In this document: one piece after another, positions 28,641 to 39,800 of the stretch
Numbering within the stretch: position 1 is the stretch's first letter
Layout: the number at the start of each line of letters is the position of its first letter
Assembly (NCBI RefSeq): GCF_001194135.2
Contig: NC_068981.1
Coordinates: 142,223,246-142,287,245 of the forward strand
Reading direction: 5' to 3'
DNA: 64,000 nucleotides
DNA from: Octopus bimaculoides
Taxonomy: Eukaryota
Translations under genes and position numbers: made by a program
Notes under the pieces: model-generated
Databases searched by the model: none
What the model saw: the letters and a program-made list of their open reading frames with translations, nothing else
What the model was told of the DNA's origin: nothing

Positions 28641-29902
28641 AAAGAATTCTAATAATAAATACTCACAAAATATAAACAAATATAACTTTATTCCGGAAAC
28701 CACTACACGCTGCTGCAACAGACAGCTACAAGTGTTGAACATAAAAAAGAGAGCAACGAAATTTAAATCGGTTCCAAATGAAAACAGAAAGTTTGAAGGG
28801 GAGGAACTAAATACTGAAAACCAGAGTCATTCACTCAAGTCATAGATCGGTATATAATTGTATCAATCTTGAAGGGATAAAAAATAATCTGACCCAGATT
28901 GAATTTGAAATCACAACCTACAGATTTGGAACATATTCTACAGAATAATATATTCTGTTTAGCCAACACTATCACCGACAGTAACAACGATTAGTTCTAT
29001 GTTTACCACATGGCTGACATGTTGGAAGGGTTACATTACGAAATGGAATATAAAAATGCTTCCTTATACAACAACAAATGCTGTGTGTGTGTGTGTTTTA
29101 ACTTTTGATAATATTAGCCTCAATAATTGAGTGAGACACTTTGAAAGAACACCTTACCTGGATTTGAGCGGAGAATCTTGATAAGCTGAAATCTCGATCG
29201 AGTCTCAAAACTTAATACACCGCAAGTAAATACCGCACGGCCTCATATCTCACGTTCTAAGGACTTAACCAGTCTAGATGATTTCAAAACTAATGGTTAT
29301 TAATAACAGACAGTACGTAACTTGTATATTCATTCGATACCATAGTGAATATTATGCAGATCTAATAGAATTTTTATAGTTCGAATTACTTTGATTGCTG
29401 ACTATATCTTTTAGATTTAGTACTATATATATCAATCAATGTAGATTTTAGATTTAAGATATATATCTTATTCAATGTACAACACTATGTGTTATCGATT
29501 CTTTTTAGGATTTTGCTCCTATATTCTAACTCAAAATTACATTAAGAATCATATGAAAACATATAGAAGCACGAGAAAAGACCGTATTCTAAATACAATT
29601 CCGAAGTAAAAAAAATGGAACTGAATTTGTGTGCGTATGCATATATTCATGCGTACGTACGCATATATGCGCGCGTGCACACACACATACGTGTGTGTGT
29701 GTATGTGTATGTATGTATGTATGTGTATATATATATATATATATATATNNNNNNNNNNNNNNNNNNNNNNNNNNNNNNNNNNNNNNNNNNNNNNNNNNNN
29801 NNNNNNNNNNNNNNNNNNNNNNNNNNNNNNNNNNNNNNNNNNNNNNNNNNNNNNNNNNNNNNNNNNNNNNNNNNNNNNNNNNNNNNNNNNNNNNNNNNNN
29901 NN

Positions 29903-29936
<34 letters not shown>

Positions 29937-31158
29937 ATGGCCTCAAGTGGAAAATGAATAATTTTAGCTCCGATAGAAACATTCTCTGTATATGGAAAGG
30001 AAAATCAAATAGATTTGCAATAATGTTGTTCAACAAAACATGAAAACCTATTTTTGTCAATAATCAGTCTTAAGTTTACTGTGACATTCTGCAGATATAG
30101 GCCGAATAGATTCATTCATATATTTCTCTTTCCTCACACAGTCTCATATACAAAGAAAAATATTTTTTAAAATCCTTCTGTTTATCTTTTCTGTGCCCAA
30201 AGTAACCTTTCTCTCATAGTAGACACAGTTCTATTCTCACTCGCTCACTGATTCAAATTTTAATAATTATATAGTTTCCACATACGCACACACAAGCACT
30301 TGCATATAATCCCTTTGGCTTCCGCACTGTTCCCATCTTTCGAAATTTTATTAAGATTATATTGTTCAAATCCTGCCTACTGAAGAAGGTTTGGGTTTAA
30401 CGTGCCACGTAGTGAGATCAAATCAGTGACCATTCTGTTTCAAAGCGAACATCCTAACCATATCACTAAAACTGTATTATTACACACGTTATTAAACAAC
30501 GAACATCCGATATTATGTCATGTAGGCTATGTCTGTGTCTACATCATCTACACTGAAGTTTCTTCGCGAAAACCTGCTGTATATAACAACATCAATTTCC
30601 TTACCATTCTCCCTTCACTTTTTCACCCTTAACCAATAAATAAATAAATAATACACGGTTTCCGTTTGTATTCAAAGTCAGCCATATTCAACGGAAGAGA
30701 CGGTTAGTAGAGGACAAAAAAATAAGAACCTGGCTAAAGTATATAGAAATAAGTACGAAGTATTTTTACATAGGGTTTTTGTTATTATTCTTGCTTTTTA
30801 CTAACTGACACATGTCAAAGCAAATAAGGTTGGTATCATTTCATGAAACGTCGAAAATCAAAAAACGCTCTTCGGCACAAATAGGAAAATTGAATCCCTA
30901 GAGGGAACTCCCGGGGCTTTCTTTCTTCCACTTTATTTTTCTTTCGCTGATAACGCATTCAAACACATTTGATTTGTAGCTGTTGCTTTTCTTCATTTTA
31001 CTGATTTATTTTACTTGGTGGAGAACGGCTGGAAGTATAAGGAAACAGGGTAACCGTTGTTTTTTCTATTTGTACATTCTCGAATTGTTTGTCCTACATA
31101 TATGTATATGATCGCACTCGCGCACACATACGCAGTCACGCATATACATATTTACAAG

Positions 31159-31201
<43 letters not shown>

Positions 31202-32054
31202 AGCTCGCATAAAAATACTAGTATGCAGTCACATTTACAAAGGTCATATATATGGTGACACATGCAATTCTGTATATAGGCACATAGCCAAACACTGAAA
31301 CACAATAGAGCCTCTTCCCTTCTGAGTTCAAGGAACAAAACTTTGGTGGTCAGCGCTGGTAGTGGTCCAACAGATTTACGATCCGGTTATTGTAAACTCA
31401 GGTGGCGGCAGCTGCCATTGATTACGTGTTTAGAGAAAGGTATTGCGTTTGCAATACATGCAGCTTTGATTCACCTCCAGTGAACCAACAATATCATACT
31501 TGTTACATTATCATTGCTGTGAAGCATAAATATTTACTAATCTCTCAGTACGAAATGTTTCGTTTCACACAACCACACATATTTACAACCTGGTGACAAT
31601 TCGGAGAATTTTCCGGGAATACGGAAGACGACTCAATAATGTCGTAGAGATTTTCATGTAAAAGAATATACTTTTGAACATTGAATCATAAAGTAATTCA
31701 CTCCTAATTATTCTCAGATGTCCTTGTAAATACAAGTATCCACACACGACATCTCATCTATTCCTGAATTCAGATTCCGTTAATTTCGAGTTTATTATTC
31801 CTTATTCCGACGCCGCTAATATAAATATCACGCTAATTAAAAGAGTAGGTTGCCAATTGATAAAACAGCTGGAAATTCATATAAAGAAATGTAAGTGAAA
31901 ATTCATCACGCAGAAGCATACTATCAAGCATTGCGCAAATAGTATTTCTATATATATTTAGATGCTTATATACATTTTAAATATGCATATACATACATTC
32001 GTTTATATATGTGTATGTAATGTACATATATACATATGTATGTATGACTACATA

Positions 32055-32271
32055 CAGGGTGGTACAAAAGTAGGCTATATTTTTATTGCAAGAATAGATC
32101 TGGACCTGCACCGTGGTGTGTGTCGTAGTGAAACTGAGAGGCTACAAGAATGTGTCAATGTTCAGGGCGGACATTTTGAACATTTACGGGACTAACATAC
32201 TGCAGTGTTTTTTAAATAATATTATAAAATATACAACTATACAACTGTAGGTTTACATTTGCACCACCCTG
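32055..32271 (+). mobile_element. Tc1/mariner-derived MITE / internal deletion derivative
   Basis: TA|cagggtggtacaaaagta...tacatttgcaccaccctg|TA imperfect TIRs; the interior encodes RLQECVNVQGGHFEHLRD*, a typical transposase C-terminus. Confidence 0.85.
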
Positions 32272-32301
32272 TATGTTCATAAAATTATGCATTATACTCG
32301 C

Positions 32302-32350
<49 letters not shown>

Positions 32351-32606
32351 NNNNNNNNNNAAACACGTGTAGTCGTTTTAGTATTTTAATGATTATCAAT
32401 ATGCATTTTATAGTTCTTTTTAGAGTATTTAATTGTTAACTGGATTTTCATGGATGAGTTCATGAACGTTGGTTCTTTTCTCTAAATTATTTATTATATA
32501 CTGTGAAACTTAATTTAATTTTTATTTTTATAAATTGAATTTAATTGAGTTTTTAACTGTAAATTTGGATTTTTATCCCTAATATTATATATATATATAT
32601 ATATAT

Positions 32607-33005
32607 AGGCGCAGGAGTGGCTGTGTGGTAAGTAACTTGCTTACCAACCACATGGTTCTGGGTTCAGTCCCACTGCGTGTCACCGTGGGCTACTGTCTTC
32701 TACTATAGCCTCGGGTCGACGAAAGCCTTGTGAGTGAATTTGGTAGACGGAAACTGAAAGAAGCCCGTCGTATATATGTATATATATATGTATGTGTGTC
32801 TGTGTTTGTGCACCCAACTTCGCTTGACAACCGAGGCTGGTGTGTTTACGTCCCCGTAACGTAGCGGTTCGGCAAAAAGAAAGCGATAGAATAAGTACTA
32901 GGCTTACAAAGAAAAAGTCCTGGGGTCGAAGTGCTCGATTAAAAAGCGGTGCCCCAGCATGGCCGCAGTCAAATGACTGAGACAAGTAAAAGAGTAAAAA
33001 GTAAA
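32607..33005 (+). mobile_element. tRNA-derived SINE family B (head aggcgcaggagTGGCTGTGTGGtaag), bipartite with internal microsatellite
   Basis: B-box GGTTCAGTCCC; internal (TA)/(TG) tract at about 32771-32810; 3' part gcttgacaaccg..cagcatggccgcagtcaaatgactga..aagtaaaagag. Confidence 0.9.
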
Positions 33006-33177
33006 ACAATATATTTATTATATATATATTATATATACACACACATATATATATATTATATATTCATATATATATATATATTATATATATTGCATACATT
33101 ATACATATATTATTTATATATATATATATATATTATACACATACACACACATATATATTATATATATACATACACAC

Positions 33178-33215
<38 letters not shown>

Positions 33216-33263
33216 CACACATATATATATATTATATATATACATACACACATATAAACATAT

Positions 33264-33599
33264 AAACAAATAGTAAATGAGTATATGCATATATACGTAC
33301 AGGTATGTGCGTACCGACATCCACCTGTATGTATAGGTGCATATCTGGGTACAGGACATTGCAAACAAAACGTAGACGAGAAAACACACAAGCCACCTGT
33401 CCTGCCCAGCTCTTCGAAACGCCGGTGTTACAACGGGGGTAGCTGATGAAGTAGAATGTTCTCTATGTGACTTGTGTGTTTTCTAGTCTACGTTTTGTTT
33501 GCAATGTCCTGTACCCAGATATGCACCTATACATACAGGTGGATGTCGGTATGCACATACCTGTACGTATATATGCATATACTCATTTACTATTTGTTT
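33264..33599. repeat. Foldback/MITE-like element: 133-bp inverted arms around a 70-bp spacer
   Basis: 33264-33396 vs reverse complement of 33467-33599: 3 mismatches by eye. Confidence 0.92.
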
Positions 33600-34454
33600 T
33601 TACATGACTGAACGCAGCGTCTCCAATTCGTAAGTAGTTTTCGTAAACCTATACATATATATNNNNNNNNNNNNNNNNNNNNNNNNNNNNNNNNNNNNNN
33701 NNNNNNNNNNNNNNNNNNNNNNNNNNNNNNNNNNNNNNNNNNNNNNNNNNNNNNNNNNNNNNNNNNNNNNNNNNNNNNNNNNNNNNNNNNNNNNNNNNNN
33801 NNNNNNNNNNNNNNNNNNNNNNNNNNNNNNNNNNNNNNNNNNNNNNNNNNNNATATATAGATAGATAGATAGATCGATAGATAGATAGATAGATAGATAA
33901 AATAGTGTAGGTTGCATACGAGTGGGTATATATTTATAAAAAAGAATTTTGAAAACGTCAATATATAAAAAATGAATTTTAATTAAAAAAAATGTCAGAG
34001 TGGTCACTGCCATTTACCATTGCCAACACGGTCACTACTACTACTACAATCAACAAAAAAATGACCCCACGTGGACTATTGATACCAGTAAGGAACAATT
34101 ATGAACCTTTCATTTAATTTCATTTTTTTAAATATGTATTTTTGATAATGTTCGTTTTTTACAAGAACCGAAACATGTTAAAATATCTCTGACAATATAT
34201 TAAATTATAATTCATATAGGAGTCCACTTTTGCTGGTCATCCCTCTTATGTTTGTATAAAAATATATCTATATAAGTATGTATGAGTTAGAGCTTAGACA
34301 ACCATCTAAGGGATAATAAATATCCAATGAATTACTGGAGAGATATCTATTTATATTCAAAGGCTTACTGTTGCAAGGTAATAGTACAATTGAATAGTAG
34401 GTACAAGTTGAGTAAACAGAAGTTTATCCAAAATTTATATAAGTCAAGAGAGAA

Positions 34455-35030
34455 TATGGAAAAGAGATTCAATTGACAATCAACAGTAAGATTTATTTAT
34501 TATAATCATAGGAATAAATAAATAAATAATTCAATAAATAAATAAATACAACTCCACTCTTACATCTGTTTCTACTTTGGTGTTTCATCTTGCTAAATGT
34601 GACACATCATACAAAGATTGAACTCCAACGATTCATCAGAGAGTCAGCAAGTCCATAATGGTATGGTTAAAAGGTAATAAGTGAAAAAGTAAAATAGTAA
34701 AGCCGAAAACTATATTCAGAAGTTGTGAGATCACATCTGATTGCAATTTGATGAACGTGATTATCAAATTGCAATAAGATGTGATCTCACGACTTCTGAA
34801 TATAGCTAGCCTTGGGTTTTATTTTTTCACTTTTTACCTTGTATCCTTACCATTATGGATTTACTGACTCTCTGATGAAGCTTTGGACTTTAATTGTTAT
34901 ATCTGTCAGATTTAGCATACAGGAAACCCAAACTAGAAACAGCTGTAAGAGTGGAGTTGCATTTATTTATTCCTATGATTATAATAAATAAATCTTACTG
35001 ATGTTTGTTAATTGAATCTCTTCTGTATTT
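34455..35030. repeat. About 570-bp imperfect palindrome (hairpin/MITE-like)
   Basis: Core arms 34710-34753 and 34762-34805 match 41/44 around an 8-nt loop; outer blocks also pair (tcatcagagagtcag/ctgactctctgatga, caactccactcttaca/tgtaagagtggagttg, cagtaagatttatttattataatcatagg/cctatgattataataaataaatcttactg). Confidence 0.92.
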
Positions 35031-35804
35031 TCTTCATTGCCTTATATATATAGATACATATACATTCATGCACACATGTTTACATAAACCCATCAAACAC
35101 ACTCACATATTCTTACATACAGTTATGCAAGCAAGACACTCAAGAAGTATCGCTCTTTCTCAGCGTTTGACTGCAGCCAAATTCAAACACATTTTCTCCA
35201 ACAAAATCTGTAACGGAACTACCTCGAAATCTACACGATGAATGAACTGCCAAATACGTTCGGTTATTCCGTCGATGTATTGGCTTGGCATATACCACTT
35301 ATTGTCGATTTTGGATTTTGACTTTCATGTCCGATATTTAGTTGGTTCTGTTCTCCTTTTGATTTTATTAACTATTTTTTTTGTTTTTATACTGACTTTT
35401 ATACTGTAGATTTTTTTTCTTTCCTTTCTATCTTTCATGTAATGTATTGCAAATAGGCCAAGTAAACTAGCAAGTATAATGTGAGAGCCATTCATTTTGC
35501 GATTCATAATCAATAGTGACTGCCAGTTAAAGATTCCAAGCATGTCATGAGCTTAACATTAAGTATACTTGTGTTCGAGTTTTCTGATCAACTCACATTC
35601 CTTTCCCGTCTTCAGCCATTTACTAGACAATTTTTTGTGGTCGTGATGTTGGTGTTGCTGGCTGTAAATGAGTTGATGGTTGATCATCATCATCATATAT
35701 ACTCAACAGGAACACTGCTACTCTTAATTTATTTCACCATTTTCCCCCTTTTTCCTTGCATTTTCCATCCTTTTGTCTTGCACTCTTCCTCCACCACCAG
35801 AAAC

Positions 35805-35805
<1 letters not shown>

Positions 35806-35835
<30 letters not shown>

Positions 35836-35903
35836 CTTCTTCTTCTTCTTCTTCTTCTTCTTCTTCTTCTTCTTCTTCTTCTTCTTCTTCTTCTTCTTCT
35901 TCT
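35806..35903 (+). repeat. (CTT/TCT)n microsatellite upstream of the TLR exon
   Basis: About 32 perfect triplet units. Confidence 0.95.
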
Positions 35904-36480
35904 TTCCGCGTCATTGTAGCGTTTGTTTCCTCAGTATTTCATAAATCTCATTTCACCATCACCATAACTATGTATACTATTGCAGTTACTGGGAACATTA
36001 TCACAACAACCTAAATTGTAGGCCTGTTCAGATATACCTGTATTTCAATGCTCAACATTATTACAGTTGTGTTTTTATATGAAAACAAAACAACTATATT
36101 TATGAATATGTGTATCAGTGCATGTGCGTATGTATGTATAGTTGTATACAAATATACTTAAGTATGCATATCTCCATGTGCGCATATATATATATATATA
36201 TATATANNNNNNNNNNNNNNNNNNNNNNNNNNNNNNNNNNNNNNNNNNNNNNNNNNNNNNNNNNNNNNNNNNNNNNNNNNNNNNNNNNNNNNNNNNNNNN
36301 NNNNNNNNNNNNNNNNNNNNNNNNNNNNNNNNNNNNNNNNNNNNNNNNNNNNNNNNNNNNNNNNNNNNNNNNNNNNNNNCATATAAATACATGCACAGCT
36401 AAATATTTTATATGCATATAAAATGAAATTTGCATTCATATATATGTACAATGTTTGTGTGCGTGTGTATGACACAGAAA

Positions 36481-36481
36481 G

Positions 36482-36534
<53 letters not shown>

Positions 36535-36545
36535 TAGAGAGAGAC
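36481..36545. repeat. (GATA)n tetranucleotide repeat about 200 bp before the TLR acceptor
   Basis: Direct reading. Confidence 0.92.
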
Positions 36546-36719
36546 TCTGTGCCTTTAGAATATATACAAAACTAGATTAAAGTGATAGAAGAAATCGATA
36601 TAATATAAAAGAGAACCATTTAAGGTTATTTTATTCAAGAATATTCTTTCTATTGAATTATCATCTGTTTTATTATATTATTTGTTTTTTTTAAATTTTG
36701 ACTATTATTCATATTTTAA

Positions 36720-36748
36720 CATGATCATTTTGTTTCTTTTCGTTTCAG
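36720..36748 (+). promoter_or_regulatory. 3' splice acceptor in front of the TLR coding exon
   Basis: Pyrimidine tract ttttgtttcttttcgtttCAG (AG at 36747-36748) at the switch from AT-rich intron-like to exon-like sequence; the TLR frame is open from 36749. Confidence 0.6.
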
Positions 36749-36805
36749 ACTGTAATATCAAACCGTGGACTTTCATGTGGGAAGTTTAGGAACGTCACCA
36801 TTACA

Positions 36806-39800
36806 ATGTCTTCCGTGAAATCCAGCTCACAGCGGGCATGCGTAACGATGACGTCTAACTCCGTCTCGCAAATCTCCAGGTGTCATTCCCTGCGTCACTT
36901 GGCTGTAGTAGCAGCAGCAACTGCCACAAAGCATTTAGAACCGAAACTAAATTCTCATTCAACACTAAATTCAGCGAGAGAAGAAGCCATGACACCGACA
37001 AAAGCCAAACTAACACCAATATCGTTATCACAGTTTTCAACATTTTTATTCATACCGCCTCTATTGCCATTCTCTTCTCCATTTAAACCTCCACCGCCAG
37101 CAACGCCGACTCAACCCTTACCCCTTTCTTCTTCTTCTTCTTCTTCTTCTTCTTCTTCTTCTTCTTCTTCTTCTTCTTCTTCTTCTTCTTCTTCTTCTTC
37201 TTCTTCTTCTTCTTCTTCTTCTTCTTCTTCTTCTTCTTCTTCTTCTTCGCACCCACCATCTCCTACACTTCACTGTACTTCTTCCTCTTGTTCTTTATCT
37301 CCTTCTTCGAATTCTGTAGTAGGAACAACTACGTTTTTCTCGTGTCCATGTTCTCTGCCTCACTATCTACCACCACCTCCTTCTTCACCCACCACCTCTC
37401 GTCTATCGTGCTCTGAGTCGTTACCGCCGTCCTTAATAAAACCACTACTTCCACAACCATCTCCTCCACCACAGTCGCCGATATCGGCATCTTCGTCGTT
37501 AACATCATTATCATCATCGCCGGCGTCTGTTCCTTTTCACTGGATGATTGTACTATTTCTTCTTCTCTTCTCGCATTCAGCGCAACCATGGGTGACTCAG
37601 CCCGAATTTCAGTGTCCTAAACAATGCGAATGCCATAACCTTCGTACTTCGCAGCTTTCCACTTCAATAGCAGCCCGCTGCCGAATAAATGAAACGATGA
37701 GTCGGTATAATTTCAGTGTATTTTCAGCCCCGTATATTACTGTCCTGGTTATACAATGCCAGGGTAAACCTTTAAAACCCGTTAACAAAATGCTCCGTAA
37801 TCTTCCTTTTCTCGAAGAACTTGTATTTAAGGATTGTCATTTCAAAAGCATTCCTGAATATACACTGTTAGGCTTGAATAACTTGAGAAATTTTAGCATT
37901 TTTGGTGCTGATCAGTTGACGTTAACTTCAAACATATTCCACAAAGCGGTTAAATTGAAAAACCTTGAGATAATACACAGTGGACTTAAAACAATTCCTG
38001 TTGATATGCTTTGCAATTCTGTAGATGTTGAATTGCTTACCTTATCGCAGAATGAATTAACGCACTTCTCAGAATTGAAAAAACTTTGCCAGACTAACAC
38101 CACCATTTTAGACCAAATAACACGCTTAGATTTGAGTTACAATTTACTTCAAACAATTCCAGCAGATTTCAGTAAATTATTTTCTGATATGCAAATGGTA
38201 AATTTTGTAGGTAACCAAATCGATAACATAGAAGCTGGTAGTGTCAGTGATCTTTATTATTTAACAGTTATGGATCTGTCTAAAAATCGAATCCAAAGTT
38301 TTCCAGGTGACTTTTTAGAAAATTCCATTGGAATACAGCAGCTAGGTATCTCACATAACCCTATCAAAACTATATTCCCATATTTTAAAGATCTTCAAGA
38401 TTTAGAAGTGTTTGAGGCTGAGCATACTTATTTAGACAATAGTTTCTTTCGGGAAATTCCTAAAGGGTCTGCATTAACGAATTTAAACTTAGCACATTGC
38501 TATATGAGTAAAATAAATAAATCCCTGATGAGTAATTTGAAAAATTTAAGGCGTCTTAATCTTAACAGTAATTCAATTTTTTCGCTGCCTTCTAATGTAT
38601 TTTCTTCCAATGATAAGCTCGATGTTCTGATATTGTCAAACAATAATATTGAGGAACTTTTGGATAATTCCTTACAAGGACTTAGGGCCTTGCGAGAACT
38701 CGATATCAGTTACAATAATATATCAGTTATAAATGAAGACGCCTTTCACGATCTTCTGGTTATTGAAAAACTTGATTTAAGTTTCAACCAGCTGTATGAT
38801 ATCCCCAATGCTATAACCCCTCTGGACAAAATACAAGAACTGTATTTAGAGGGAAATTTCATCAGTAAAATTAACAAGAATTCATTCAAGGGTTTAGATT
38901 CTATTAATCGAATTGTTTTGTCTAAAAATAGAATTGTCTTTCTTGATGCCAGTAGTTTTACTCGATGCTTCAATTTACATATTTTAGATTTATCTGAAAA
39001 CAACATTTCTTATATACATGAGGACGCGTTCGAAGGTCTACAATTGGTCGGTGTCAGTTTAGCAAATAATAAAATAAGAAACATCGGTACAGCGTTATGG
39101 AAGCAGCACAATCTAAGCCAGGTTCATTTGCAGGGTAACCTTCTTGAAGCCATTATGTCGTCCAATTTCCCGGAAAACGTTAAATTTTTAAACGTTTCTC
39201 ATAATAGAATTTGGAATGTCCATCCATTTACCTTCTCAAACAAAGATACACTTGTAGAAGTTGACTTACGCCATAACAACATCAGCTTCCTAGCAAATGA
39301 TGCTATCAGTGTGTCTCACAGAGTACGTTCCATTCCCGACGTTTACCTTATGGGAAATCCATTCAAATGTGATTGTAACATTGTCTGGCTTAAAAAACTT
39401 GCCAATGTAAGGCCAAGGAAAAAAGACGGCCTTCCGTACATTCCGGATTTGAACGAACTAGAATGTCATGCGGACAATGAAAGTTCGGTACCAACAGGCC
39501 GTATGTACGAGGTAAAGGAATCAGATTTTCTCTGCAAATACCTGAAGGAATGCGCTCCTGATTGCATCTGCTGCACTTTTGGCATGTGTGACTGCAACAG
39601 CATTTGCCCCGAACAATGCAGCTGCTATCGCTCGTATGATCGTAAAGCTAATATCATCAACTGTATGAACAGCGGACTTAGTGACTCACGTATGTTGCCT
39701 TCGAATGCCACCAAAATTTACCTGAGTGGTAATCGTCTTATATCTCTTTCCAAACACTCTTTTCTTCGCCAGCGAGATCTGTTAACTGTACTCTATTTAA

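Noticed and set aside
29152-29185. Minus-strand CCAG|GTAAGG donor with a possible 28-nt exon
   Set aside because: Weak acceptor; the region resembles a decayed SINE head.
30903-30912. GGGAACTCCC NF-kB-like site (and ggagaattttcc near 31603)
   Set aside because: A degenerate 10-mer is expected roughly once or twice by chance in a window this size, and the promoter position is unknown.
35547-36014. 155-aa poly-Ser ORF and its poly-Glu/poly-Phe alternatives
   Set aside because: Open only because of the TCT repeat; no domain content.
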